Source: Amoebophrya sp. A120 (lineage: Eukaryota; Protista; Dinoflagellata). From it: a stretch of DNA of 64,000 bases. A model generated the notes under the pieces. It did no database searches. It saw nothing but the letters and a program-made list of their open reading frames with translations, and was not told where the DNA came from. Position 1 is the stretch's first letter. The number at the start of each line of letters is the position of its first letter. Below, piece by piece: positions 36,501-47,719 of this stretch. The stretch covers positions 5,091,700 through 5,155,699 of the forward strand of contig CAJINV010000003.1 of assembly GCA_905178155.1 (NCBI GenBank), written 5' to 3'. Both the position numbers and the translations under genes were made by a program.

Positions 36501-39500
36501 NNNNNNNNNNNNNNNNNNNNNNNNNNNNNNNNNNNNNNNNNNNNNNNNNNNNNNNNNNNNNNNNNNNNNNNNNNNNNNNNNNNNNNNNNNNNNNNNNNNN
36601 NNNNNNNNNNNNNNNNNNNNNNNNNNNNNNNNNNNNNNNNNNNNNNNNNNNNNNNNNNNNNNNNNNNNNNNNNNNNNNNNNNNNNNNNNNNNNNNNNNNN
36701 NNNNNNNNNNNNNNNNNNNNNNNNNNNNNNNNNNNNNNNNNNNNNNNNNNNNNNNNNNNNNNNNNNNNNNNNNNNNNNNNNNNNNNNNNNNNNNNNNNNN
36801 NNNNNNNNNNNNNNNNNNNNNNNNNNNNNNNNNNNNNNNNNNNNNNNNNNNNNNNNNNNNNNNNNNNNNNNNNNNNNNNNNNNNNNNNNNNNNNNNNNNN
36901 NNNNNNNNNNNNNNNNNNNNNNNNNNNNNNNNNNNNNNNNNNNNNNNNNNNNNNNNNNNNNNNNNNNNNNNNNNNNNNNNNNNNNNNNNNNNTGGCTTGC
37001 AAAATATTCCGACTTGCAAAATATTTCGACTTGCGAAATTTTTTGGCTGGCAAAATATTTCGACTTGCGAAATTTTCTGGCCTGCAAAATATTCCGACTT
37101 GCAAAATATTTCGACTTGCGAAATTTTTTGGCTGGCAAAATGTTTTGCGCTGCGAAATATTTCGAGGTGCGAAATATCTTGAGTTGTGAAATATTTTGCG
37201 TTGCAGAGTATTTCGCTTTGCGAAATATTTTAAGTGGCAAAACATTTCGCGTTGCAACATAGCCGGGAGCTGCTGGGCGATGGGAGCCGGGCGATGAAGG
37301 TCGGCAATCGAGCGATGGGAGTTGGGAACCCGTGCTTTCTGCTCTCCCCGTGCCGCCCGCTTTCAAAGCTGCAAAAACGGGGGAAGCGGTTTCTTCGGGG
37401 GGTTGATGTTGCGAAAAATTTTCTGGTCAGAATAGTTTCCGAGGGTGGAAAAAGATTCTGAGTTGCAAGATATTCCGACATCCAAAATATTTTGCCTCGC
37501 AAAGTATTAGTTTCGAAATATTTTGAGTTGCAAAATATTTTGCGTTGCAGAGTATTTTGATTCGCAAATTATTGCGAGTTGCAAAATATTTTGCGTCGCA
37601 AAATAGTCGGGCGATGGGCATTGGGCGATTGGAGTTGGGCGATGAAAGTTGGGAGCTGGGCGATGGGGATTGGGAAGTGGGCGATGAAAGTTGGGAGCTA
37701 GGCGATGGGAGTGGTGGCTAGTTTGGCGATGCGAATTGGGCGGTGGGCGGTGGGCGATTTCGCAAATCGCGAAACTTTTGGGACGTTTGAAAACTGTAAA
37801 AAAATTTTCGGCGTGGACGATTTTCCTCCCCGTCGCAAAATTTTAACTTCCGCAGCTCAGCAATAGGAGTTATATGCTTTGTTGCAGCTCTATTTTAGCT
37901 TGCCAGAATACTTATACTCAAACTCATCTAGAAGTTTCGTTTCCCTTTGTTCATCTACTGTAGGGCCATCGCGCTCCGGATCGTGCGGAAGGTGATGGAA
38001 CTGAGCAACGACCCAACGTTCGAGTGGCAAACGCGCCCCTCGCTGGTGACCGCGGAGGAGCTGATGGAGCTGTGCGACTCCGTGTTCGAGAAAATCTCGG
38101 AGGAGAACTCGCTTGTGCGTGTCGAGCTGCCCTGCCGCGTGTACGGGGACATCCACGGGTATGGAACTGTCAGGATCGAAATTGACAAAGTCGAAAAATT
38201 TGTGATGCATAAAATGCATGACGCGAAATACGTGTGTTGCAGAGCGGGCAAGTGAGGCCGATTGTGGGCCTGTTTGGGTTTATTGCTCGAGCTGCTAAAG
38301 CAGCATGAGAGAATCAGTCCTCTTTGCCTAAACAGCATTACAAACTGGATTTAGGCACCGCCAGAATTTGTGATGCGCCATTTAGAAACTGGGTTCGAAC
38401 TGGAATCCATTTTATGCATGACAAATCATTTCGCTTTTGTCAATTTCGATTCTGACACTTCCATAACGGGCAGCTGCCGGACTTGCTGCACTTCTTCAAC
38501 GCCTTCTCGTGGCCCGACAAGCGGCGGGGCGACATCTTTGCGATGAACTACATTTTCCTCGGGGACTTCGTGGACCGGGGCAATTACTCCGCCGACGTGG
38601 TCACTCTGCTGTTTGCGCTGAAAGTGCTCTACCCCAAGAAGATCTACCTCGTGCGCGGCAATCACGAGGACCGGTTGATGAACCAGAACTACGGATTTCT
38701 GCAGGATTGTCACTTCCTCTTCCCCGGCCCTGCTGTGGACACAGCAGGAGGTGGTGGGGAACAACTGCATGGAGAAGAGAAGGAAAACAATAACGCAACC
38801 GACGCCAGCAACGCGGAAGAAAACACCGTCGGGTAGAAACAAATAGTTGGGGTTGAAGATGCCTTGCCTTGTATACAGGCGGAAGTGCAGCTGCAAGGTT
38901 TTTTTGTTCGGACTCTCGCAAGAAGTAAAGAAATCGAAAAATATACGAATCAGGTTTCAGGTGTGGGAGCGCGTCAACGATGCGTTTGAATTTCTACCCA
39001 TCGCCGCACTGGTGGATGACCAGGTACTGTGCATCCACGGTGGAATCGGGGATTCGATCCACAGTTTGGACGACCTGCGCGACATCCCGAAGCCGATCAA
39101 GATCTCTCCCGAAATCACCGAGGAAACCACCCGGCAGGACAAAATCGTGTTGGACGCGCTTTGGTCGGACCCGACAGATAATGACTCCGTGCTGGGCGTC
39201 CACCTGTCCCCCCGGGGCCAAAACACCTGCCGCTTCGGCCCCGACCGGGTGCACGACTTCAATAAGCGGAACAACCTCAAGATGATCATTCGGGCTCACG
39301 AGTGCGTGCAGTATGGGTAAATAAAAGTGCTGGAAAATTTTGATGCTGCACATGAATGCAACTCTGATGTCCTACCAAGCGTTGTAATACCTAGATTGAT
39401 ACCAGCGCCGCGCCTTCATCTCTTTACGTAATAGATGTGTTGTTCGAAGTTTTCTTTAATATTTCCACTTCTTGGAGGACGTCGATGAAATCCATTCGCG

Positions 39501-39747
39501 TTTTTGTTCACATCATTACAGCTACGAGTACTTCGCAAACGGCCAGTTGTTGACCGTTTTTTCCGCCACGAACTACTGTAACCAGTACAATAACGACGGC
39601 AGCATGGTGGTGCTCATCAAGAATCCCGACGGTTCAGTCGCCGAGCACGCACAGGTAATTCGCTCGGGTGCCGCAGACACGGCCCACGGTTGGGCCCCGG
39701 AGCAGTACCGGGACCCATCGCCAATGCGAGGGAATTCTGCATGTTGA
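33537..39747 (+). CDS. EF-hand-containing PPP Ser/Thr phosphatase (EFPP-like; BSU/PPKL-type catalytic domain)
   Basis: EF-hands DRNQDDFVNESD and DYNRNGKLEVEE. Catalytic motifs GDIHGQ, GDFVDRG, RGNHE, HGG, LWSDP, RAHE and FSATNYC. Exons 33537-34007, 34275-35584, 37964-38159, 38471-38832, 38954-39316, 39522-39747. Confidence 0.88.
34008..34269. mobile_element. TIR introner, family A (262 bp), opposite orientation to the 11415 copy
   Basis: TSD gacag. Interior aligns with the reverse complement of 11415-11676. Removal gives RGQDTASAD. Confidence 0.92.
36018..36991. other. Assembly gap (N run) inside phosphatase intron 35585-37963
   Basis: Run of n bases. Confidence 0.99.
36992..37760. repeat. 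Two interleaved degenerate tandem arrays (gcaaaatatttcgactt-type and tgggcgatg-type)
   Basis: Many ~18-bp units with a near-palindromic aaatattt core at 36992-37260 and ~37400-37605. gggcgatg/ttgggag units at ~37265-37330 and ~37608-37760. Confidence 0.85.
38160..38465. mobile_element. TIR introner, family F (306 bp), splitting the GDIHGQ motif
   Basis: TIR tatggaactgtcaggatcgaaattgacaaa / tttgtcaatttcgattctgacacttccata. TSD acggg. Removal gives GDIHGQLPDLL. Confidence 0.95.
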
Positions 39748-41123
39748 TCGCCTCCATGTGGGGCGACGACAGCTGCGTTCGTGGTCCCGGCGCTCTTCGT
39801 TCTAAGTATAGGTAAGCCTAATCTTGCGAAAAGCGTTGGCATGACGGACGCCACAGCCATAGCATATCTACCTCATCGAAATTTTGCAGCTCGTGCTGTT
39901 CTCCCACTTTTGGTACCGCGGGCACGTCGGCGCATTCCTTTCCTTTTTGATACCACAAACGCTGACGCCGTTTCGTTTTTTTGTGGATGTGCCTCTTTAG
40001 TTTTTGTGTACTACTGATTCCGCTGCCGCCACTGCTTTGTTAATTGCTGGCTCCCGGAAGTACTTGATGTGCCGCCGCACCTGTTGACATTTTTGCATTG
40101 CCATTGTATTTGCATGTACATGCTTTTGGGTATTGCGCTGTCTGGGACCGACGAAATGCCAACGTTCTTTGATTCGAAGAGAACAACTATAAGCATGTCT
40201 GAGGCGCAAAAGGAACCGCATTTAAGAGCGTGATTACTAACGCACGTCATGATATACAACTACAGTAAAATAATATTTTAACGCGTTTGCAGTTGCAGGC
40301 CGCCCGCGGATACGTACATGTGTGTTTGCATTGTGTCATTGATATCGACAAAATTTCGGATTGGAAAGTAAGTAGCTGCGAAGAAGCAGATGTGCATGTG
40401 CTCGGTCCGTCGTGGTAACTCCTATGTCGTAGCCGCACTTGGCGTGAAAATCAAAATGTGCTGCCTTTGATACGTCGGTATGTACACGTGAAACAGCATT
40501 ATCGGTGCGTTCTTCCTGCAAGGAAGAGAACTGCTTTCGTGCAATGTCCGGTCGTTCACTTTTGAATCGTGCAAGAAAAAGGATGAGCGCAACGCTAGTA
40601 CCTCAAGTGATGATCTCTTCGTGATTTTGTCCTTCTGAAACCGAAAGAGCACCACCAGACAGGATTTCATTTTCCCCAGAAGAGTTTTGGAAAAGTGCCC
40701 GATCTAATCAGTAGTGTAGGCTACCCAGATAGTCTTGTCCCAACAATCAAGCTGCATTTTTGTCCTTCTCTTCGAGCAGCTCTTTATCATGCGTAAGACG
40801 ACATTATTTATGTAGTGTCCGCAATATTATTCTGCCTCACTTAACAAAAATAAACCTCTTCCCTCATCTCCCAGGTCGATAAGTGTAATGCTGTGGCGTC
40901 GGGCTTTTTGCGTGGACGCTCATGAACAAACGTGACCTGCTTTGTAACGCTTTCCATTGACCTGTTTTAGTTTTAGAGACCTTAGATTGATTAGAAAGAA
41001 TGCAGCATTTTCCTGTGCGCCGCACCCAACATGTTTACCCCTTTCTCGAGGCGGCATTTTTGGCGCATGATCCGGAGAAACAAATAACTGCATCAGCAAC
41101 GAACGCATAAGAGACGTAGCGTC

Positions 41124-44100
41124 ATGGTGACACAGAAACAAGAGCAAGCACCGTCAGTCGAGAAAAAGCCCGCGATTCCGCTGGGCCAGCTTCCGTGGGG
41201 AAGTTCGGAAGAAGAAGAAGGGCTGCAAAGTCATTCCGCCCGGGGCATGACGCTGCGGCAACATGAAGAGCAGGTCGAGGCAGAAGACAAAGCCGCACGG
41301 AAGCTGCAGGCTGTTCACCGGGGGAACAAAGACAGGCAGCGCGTGGAGCTGATGAAAGCCGGCGACGTGAGCCCGGCAGAGAGCGCGAATTCCGTGCACA
41401 GCGGGGTCTGGCATTTGTCGCACCAGCACGAGGAGCAGCGACTGGGGGCCGCTGCCACCAAGCTCCAGGCCGTGCACCGGGGCAATCAAGACCGGCAAAG
41501 GGTGGAGCTGATGAAGGCCGGGGATGTGAGCCCGGCGGAAAGTGTCGGATCCGGCCACAGCGGCGTTTGGCACATTTCGCACCGCCACGACGAGCAGCAG
41601 CGCGTCGAGGCGACTGCCGCAGTAAAGATCCAGGCCATCCACCGCGGTAACCAGGATCGCGCAGAGCTGGGCAAAAAGCACGATGCCGCAACGCGTATCC
41701 AGGCCGTACGCAAGGGGAACGTGGCACGCAACCAGGTCGATTTCATGAAGGCCGGAGCCTTCAGCGGAGCGGAGAGCGTGACTTCCCAGCACTCGGGGAT
41801 CTTCCACCTCGACCACCGGCACGAGGAGCAGACGCGCGCAGAGACCGCTGCAGCCCTGCAGATCCAAGCCCTGCATAGAGGAAACCGGGACCGAGAGGAC
41901 TTGCGACAGCAGCAAACCGCGGCGGCGCGCATTCAAGCGGTGCACCGCGGGAATGCAGTGCGCGCGGATATCCAGGAGCAGCATGAAGCCGCCAGCCGCA
42001 TACAGTCCGGGTTCTTTCGTAGCCGGAATATTAAAGATGCCACTGAAGCATCAGAAGCGAAGGGAACCGCTGGTCTGCGGAGAGATGAGCCGAGCGAGTC
42101 CGCCGATGAGATGGAGGTTCCGGACGAGGTGAAAATGGAAAGGTCGGACGCACCAACAACTGCGGAGCACGAGGCTGCGTCGAAAATCCAAGCCATCCAG
42201 CGCGGAAACGCGGCGCGGGCGGAGCTACAAGAGAAACAGGATGCCGCAGTACGAATACAAGCAGCGTACAAGGGCAATGTTGCCCGAGCGGAGCTCCTGG
42301 AACAGCACGAGGCTGCATCGAAGGTCCAGGCTGTGTACCGAGGTAACGCAGTGCGAGCTGAGATTCAGGAACAGCATGAAGCTGCAGCGAAGGTCCAGGC
42401 TGTGTACCGAGGTAACGCTGCGCGAACAGGCTTGCAGCAGCAGAAAGACTTTAGTGCCACTACCTCTAGGGTAAAGGCGGAGGCTCAAGTAGAGGGGACA
42501 CTTGCAGCGGATCCGGCGAACGAGGAGAAGCAGCAGGGCATGGTAGTGTCAAATATGCCCACCGGAAGCAGTGCGGAGCATGAGGCAGCCGTGAAAATTC
42601 AAGCAATACAGCGTGGAAACGCAGCGCGTGCAGACCTACAGGAGCAGCAAGATGCCGCAGTCAGGATACAGGCAGCGTACAAAGGTAACGTTGCGCGCGC
42701 TGAGATTCAGGAACAGCATGAAGCCGCAGCGAAGGTTCAGGCTGTCTACCGAGGTAATGCTACGCGCGATGAGATTCAGGAACAGCATGAAGCTGCAGCG
42801 AAGGTTCAGGCTGTGTACAAGGGTAATGTTGCCAGGGCCGAGCTTCAGGAGCAACACGAGGCAGCGGCAAAGATCCAGGTGGTCTACAAGGGGACCGCGG
42901 TGCGAGCGGATGTGCAGGAACAGCACGAGGCAGCCGAGAGGATTCAGGCGGTCTATAAGGGCAACGCAGTTCGTGCGGATTTACAGGAACAGCATGAAGC
43001 AGCCGCAAAAGTGCAAGCCGCGTATCGAGGGAATGCTGTCCGTGCGGAGCTGCAGCAAAAGCAGGCAGTTGTGGCTCAAGAGGCTCAACAAGAAGATTTA
43101 AGCGCACCGCAGTCGAGCATGCCGCTCGAAGAGAGTTCTGCTCTCCGAGAGCAGCACGATGCCGCTGCGAAAATTCAGGCTGTGTATAAGGGAAACGCCG
43201 TGCGTGCCGACCTGGGGGAACAGCACGAAGCTGCGTCGAAATTGCAGGCCGCGTATCGCGGAAATGTCGCCCGAGCCGAATTGGAAGAGCAACACGAAGC
43301 AGCCGCGAAGATTCAGGCCGTTTATAAGGGCAGCGCAGTGCGTGCGGATCTGCAGGAACAGCATGACGCAGCAGAAAAGATTCAGGCGGTGTACAAGGGA
43401 AATGTAGTGCGGGCGGACCTTCAAGAGCAGCACGAAGCCGCAGCGAAAGTGCAGGCGGTCTATAAGGGAAATCTTGCCCGAGCCGAGCTGCAGGAGCAAC
43501 ATGAGGCGGCCGCAAAGGTGCAAGCTGTTTTTAAGGGTAATGCCGCTCGAGCCGAGCTCTTGGAGCAGCATGAGGCCGCCGCGAAGGTGCAAGCGGTCTA
43601 TAAGGGTAATGTTGCTCGAGCCGAGCTTCAGCAGCAACATGACGCAGCAGAAAAGATTCAGGCTGTGTATAAGGGAAACGCAGCACGAGCGGAGCTTCAA
43701 GCGCAAGACGACGCTGCCGCGAAAATTCAAGCTGTGTACAAGGGGAGCGTCGCCCGTGCTGATCTGCAAGAACAACACGCTGCCGCCTCGATGATTCAAG
43801 CAGTATATAAGGGCAACGCTTTGCGTACCAATCTCGATGTTCGAATAAAAGATGGCGTGGTCACAGAGCGCCCCGTAAGTGAACAGAGGACACAGGCAGG
43901 CACTGATCCCGAGCAGGTGAGCCATCAAAATAGAGCCCTCAGCGAGCAGGACACTACATCACCAGCCTCAGCTTACTCAATAAGAGATCAGAGAATACGG
44001 AGAGGGGAGGGAGAAGCCCTCAGCGCAGAGGGGATCGATGACATGTCCGTGCGCGCGTCGGCGGCGGAAGCGGAAGAAGCCACTTCTTCAAAGGGCAGCC

Positions 44101-47027
44101 CGGGGCGGCGATTGGCCGTGGATGCGCCAGCGCCGCCCTCGGTGGTGGCCGTTGCGCGGGAGCACGAGCCGCTGCGTCAGGGGTCGCATCAGGCCGTCGC
44201 GGTCTCTTTTCCAAATTCCCCGGTGCTCCCGGACCGCGCAGTGGAGCCCGTGCCAGCGACGACTGGGATACTAAGCAAGACTCCACCTTCTCGAGCCGCC
44301 GATGCTGGGCGAGGGGATGGATCCAAAGAAGTTGCGGCAGCTAGGATACAGGCAGCGTATCGGGGAAAGCGATCGCGGGGTGGACGGCACCACCACGGTC
44401 GGAGGGCCCAGCAGCGCAGCCCGGAGGTTCACATCGACCTCTCGTCTCCTCCATTGGGGTCCAGAACTCCTGCAGGAGAGGCAGATGCCATGCTGTCCCC
44501 CAAGGCCTCGCCGGGGCATATGGCGTCCCCGCGGGCTGTGCACATCGCAGAACCGAATTCCCTGGATCCGAGTGCGACCGACGCGGAGGAGGAAGGCACC
44601 AAGGAGCAGCGCATGGCGGAGCAGCGCATTCTCCGGGATCGCATGTGCACGGCGGGGTTTGAGACCCCCGCGTTTTCGCGACCCAGTTTCCGCAGAGCCA
44701 GTCCCAGCTTCTCGGCCCGTCGCGCGCCAATCGGATTAGCAGACCGGAAAAGTAGAGCCGAGCTCGGTAAAACCGCTCTGGGAATACGACTGACGGCGGG
44801 ACCGGTATACTTCGTTTTTTTTTTCCCCTTATGATCGTTTCAATTTTTCACTCGTTCTTTTGGAAGAATAACAATCTAGAAGATAGATGCTTTCCGGGCG
44901 GAATCGTTTTGGTTGTCATCTGCGTCTGCCTTCGAAAACTCGACCTTCGTATAATTTCGATGTTGCCTTTATTCGAGTATGTGCTCCCCGCCCTGTGATC
45001 CTGTGCTGCTCCTCATGTCATGAGATTCTGACGCGAAAAGCACCATGCTTCGTTCGCTAAGGGCCAATTTGTAAAAATCGCCACACGTCGAACAACTTGA
45101 TTTCTTAGGGGGAGCCGCAGTTCCTGACCGCCCAGGAGTACGCCGACCGCGACGGCAACCGGCCCTTCGTCATCTACAAAAACACCTTGTTGCGGTACTT
45201 TTACTCGGCGGCGCGGTTCACGAGCACGATCCTGCAGCCGCGGACCTGGAGGATGATGTGGCGGTTCTTGCACTCGCTAGCCGAGCTGGACCAGGAGGAG
45301 TTCGCGCGCCTCGCGAACCGTTCGGCGTCCACCGCGACGCCGGCCCGCCAGCTGCTCTCGGTGTACGACATAAACGCGGGCGGCGCGAGCGGGGACGACG
45401 ACAAACTCGACTTCTACGCCCCGCCGGAGTACGTGGAGCAGGACGCGGAGCAGCAGCTGGCCGGGCTGATCCACCAGCTGACGGACATGCCCTGGCGGTA
45501 CTGCCTGGCCGTGGACATCGGGGGGTCCCGCACCAAGTTCAAGTTCGTGGACACGAACACGGACGAGGTGTGCCACCTGGCCAAGATGAACTCTCAGGAC
45601 CTGTGGGAGACCTACGACCCCGCCATCAGTCTGCGCGAATACCTCAGCAAGCGCATTTCCAGCGAGCAGCTGCGCGGGGTGGACCGCATCATCTTCAGCG
45701 TGCCGGGGACGATCGACATTTCGCAGGCCGTGCGCGCGGAGGAGATGACGGTGGTAAAGAACATGCCCGCGTTCTCCAGCACCTTCCGCGGCTTCGATTT
45801 CAAGGCACGCTTCAAACCCTACTTCCCGCAGGCCAAGGTGTCCGCCGTCTGCGACAATCTAGCCGCCGCCATCGGCTGTGCCGCAAAGTATCTGTTTTGT
45901 TTGCTATAATGAGGATTTTTTTATTTTGAAGCGGCGCGCATAAGTCTTTCATCGGGGGCCCGAGTAGTTCATCGATAATCAATGTATTGTGCATTTTGAT
46001 CATGTCGGTGCTGTGTCTCGACGAAGATGATGTCGAGCCATGTAGTGCTGTGTTTTGATCTTTCTCTTCGTTTGCTCCTCTTTTCAGGTACCCCAACGTG
46101 ACGCAAGGTCTGGTGCTTGTGCTAGGTACGGCTCCAGCCTGCGCCACTTTCAACCGCAAAGGCAACGAAGGGCTGGAAACCGGGATGTGGCAGAGTTGGG
46201 TGTGGTTCACGAAAATGTCCCTGAAAGACCCCTACGGGTACGCCGGCGGTGTGAAGATCCAGGACAACGGGAAGAAGATCGTGACCAATCCTCCGGACTT
46301 TGTCAAGATGCCCCACAAGCAGGCCAGGATACGGTTCGCGCTCGACAACCGAACCTGGCTGCGTCTGCAGGGCAAAGAGCCCACGCTCCCCGCGCACCAC
46401 CAAGGCAGTTTGTCCGTGGAGGAAGCGACGGTTATTTGGGTCGAGCGGTTGAAGGGTGCCCTCCGTGCGTTGGCGCAGAAATTTCACAGTTTCTACGGGC
46501 CGCCCGACGCCATTTTTGTGCTGGGTGGGAACAGTTTGCAGGTGCACGGCAAGTTTGACGAGATTCGGTACGACAACCCCGAGGTGCTGGAAAACGGGGT
46601 CGGGCGCCGGAGCAACCGGGGCGAGCACAAGACGTACGTGCCCGTCTTCACGTGCGCAACCGACGCGGAGCAGCAAGACACCACCATGGTGGGGCTGTTG
46701 CAAAGTAGTCGCTTCAAAGTGAAGCAGGTGTACTCCTCGGGATCGGACCCGCTCGACCGGGGATGGACCCGCGGGGGGGAAATCTACCACTGGGTGCTGC
46801 GGTCCTCGCCGCCGAAGACGTCCGGGCGAACCGGCTCGCAGGGCAGTGCCGCCGACGCCCGAGCCCGGGACGAGATTCTGGCGGGCGGTGGTTCTGAGCA
46901 CGACAACACGCTCAGCGCCGGCGTGCGGCACAGCCTCGCCCTCGCAGAGGCGGCGAGCGACGACCACGACCGGCTGCGCACCTCCATGATGAGACCAGAG
47001 GTCGAAACTGAGGAGGACACACTGTGA
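41124..47027 (+). CDS. Multi-IQ-motif protein joined to a C-terminal ROK/ASKHA-like kinase domain
   Basis: ~29 [IVL]QAxx[RK]G motifs, mostly at a 23-aa period. In-frame GT-AG introns 44805-45108 and 45888-46087 lead to AVDIGGSRTKF, SVPGTID, CDNLAAAIG and LVLGTAP. Confidence 0.72.
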
Positions 47028-47719
47028 CGCGCGATCACCCTGTTGCGATCTCCTGCCGGCTATCGTGCTGTCTGGCCACGGTGACATACACAACATATTG
47101 TTCTTGAACGACACGTAAAAATGTTGTCCATGACACGGAAAACTATAAAAATCTTGGTAGTTTCTGCCAGTTGCCTTCGACGACTGCGCGTCGCAAAGGC
47201 AAAAGTGCTGTGCGTCGCTGCGCTTCGCTCGTAAGCCAGTAGTCTCGCACTTTGATGTTCACTTTTCGACAACCTGGGGCTTTTTGGTTGGGTTGCTGCA
47301 ACTTTCAAATCGGCAATGAAAACAGTTCGGACTTTGCGATCGGTATGTTGGTTCGTCGAAAATCGTATGTGCTCCTTCGTTTGCCCGTTCACCTGGTGCC
47401 ACATTCGCCGGAATCGCCTTCGCAGTACTATCGGTGCTGGGAAATTAATGACATTTGTCGGGTCTGTCAAATCTGCCTACTTGTACGTTTCGGATTTTTC
47501 GGAAAGGTCGTTCTGGAAGTTCTCTTTCGGGGCAAATATTGAAAATTATTCCTTGAAAAGTTAAAGTACGTGTCGTCGGCTCGTGTCCGTAGAGCAATTT
47601 ATGTAAGGGATTCACCGTTTAATCATTCATCACTAGGGTCGTGACAAGTATCCTCCAGTTGCTTGAGAAGTTTGCCCGAGCGCTGCCGCGACTCGCAGGT
47701 GCGCAGCCGCGGTGCCAAG

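Noticed and set aside
36992-37760. Possible CRISPR array; long X-containing ORFs across the gap
   Set aside because: The units are degenerate tandem repeats with no unique spacers or cas genes, in a eukaryotic context. The ORFs are artefacts of the N run.
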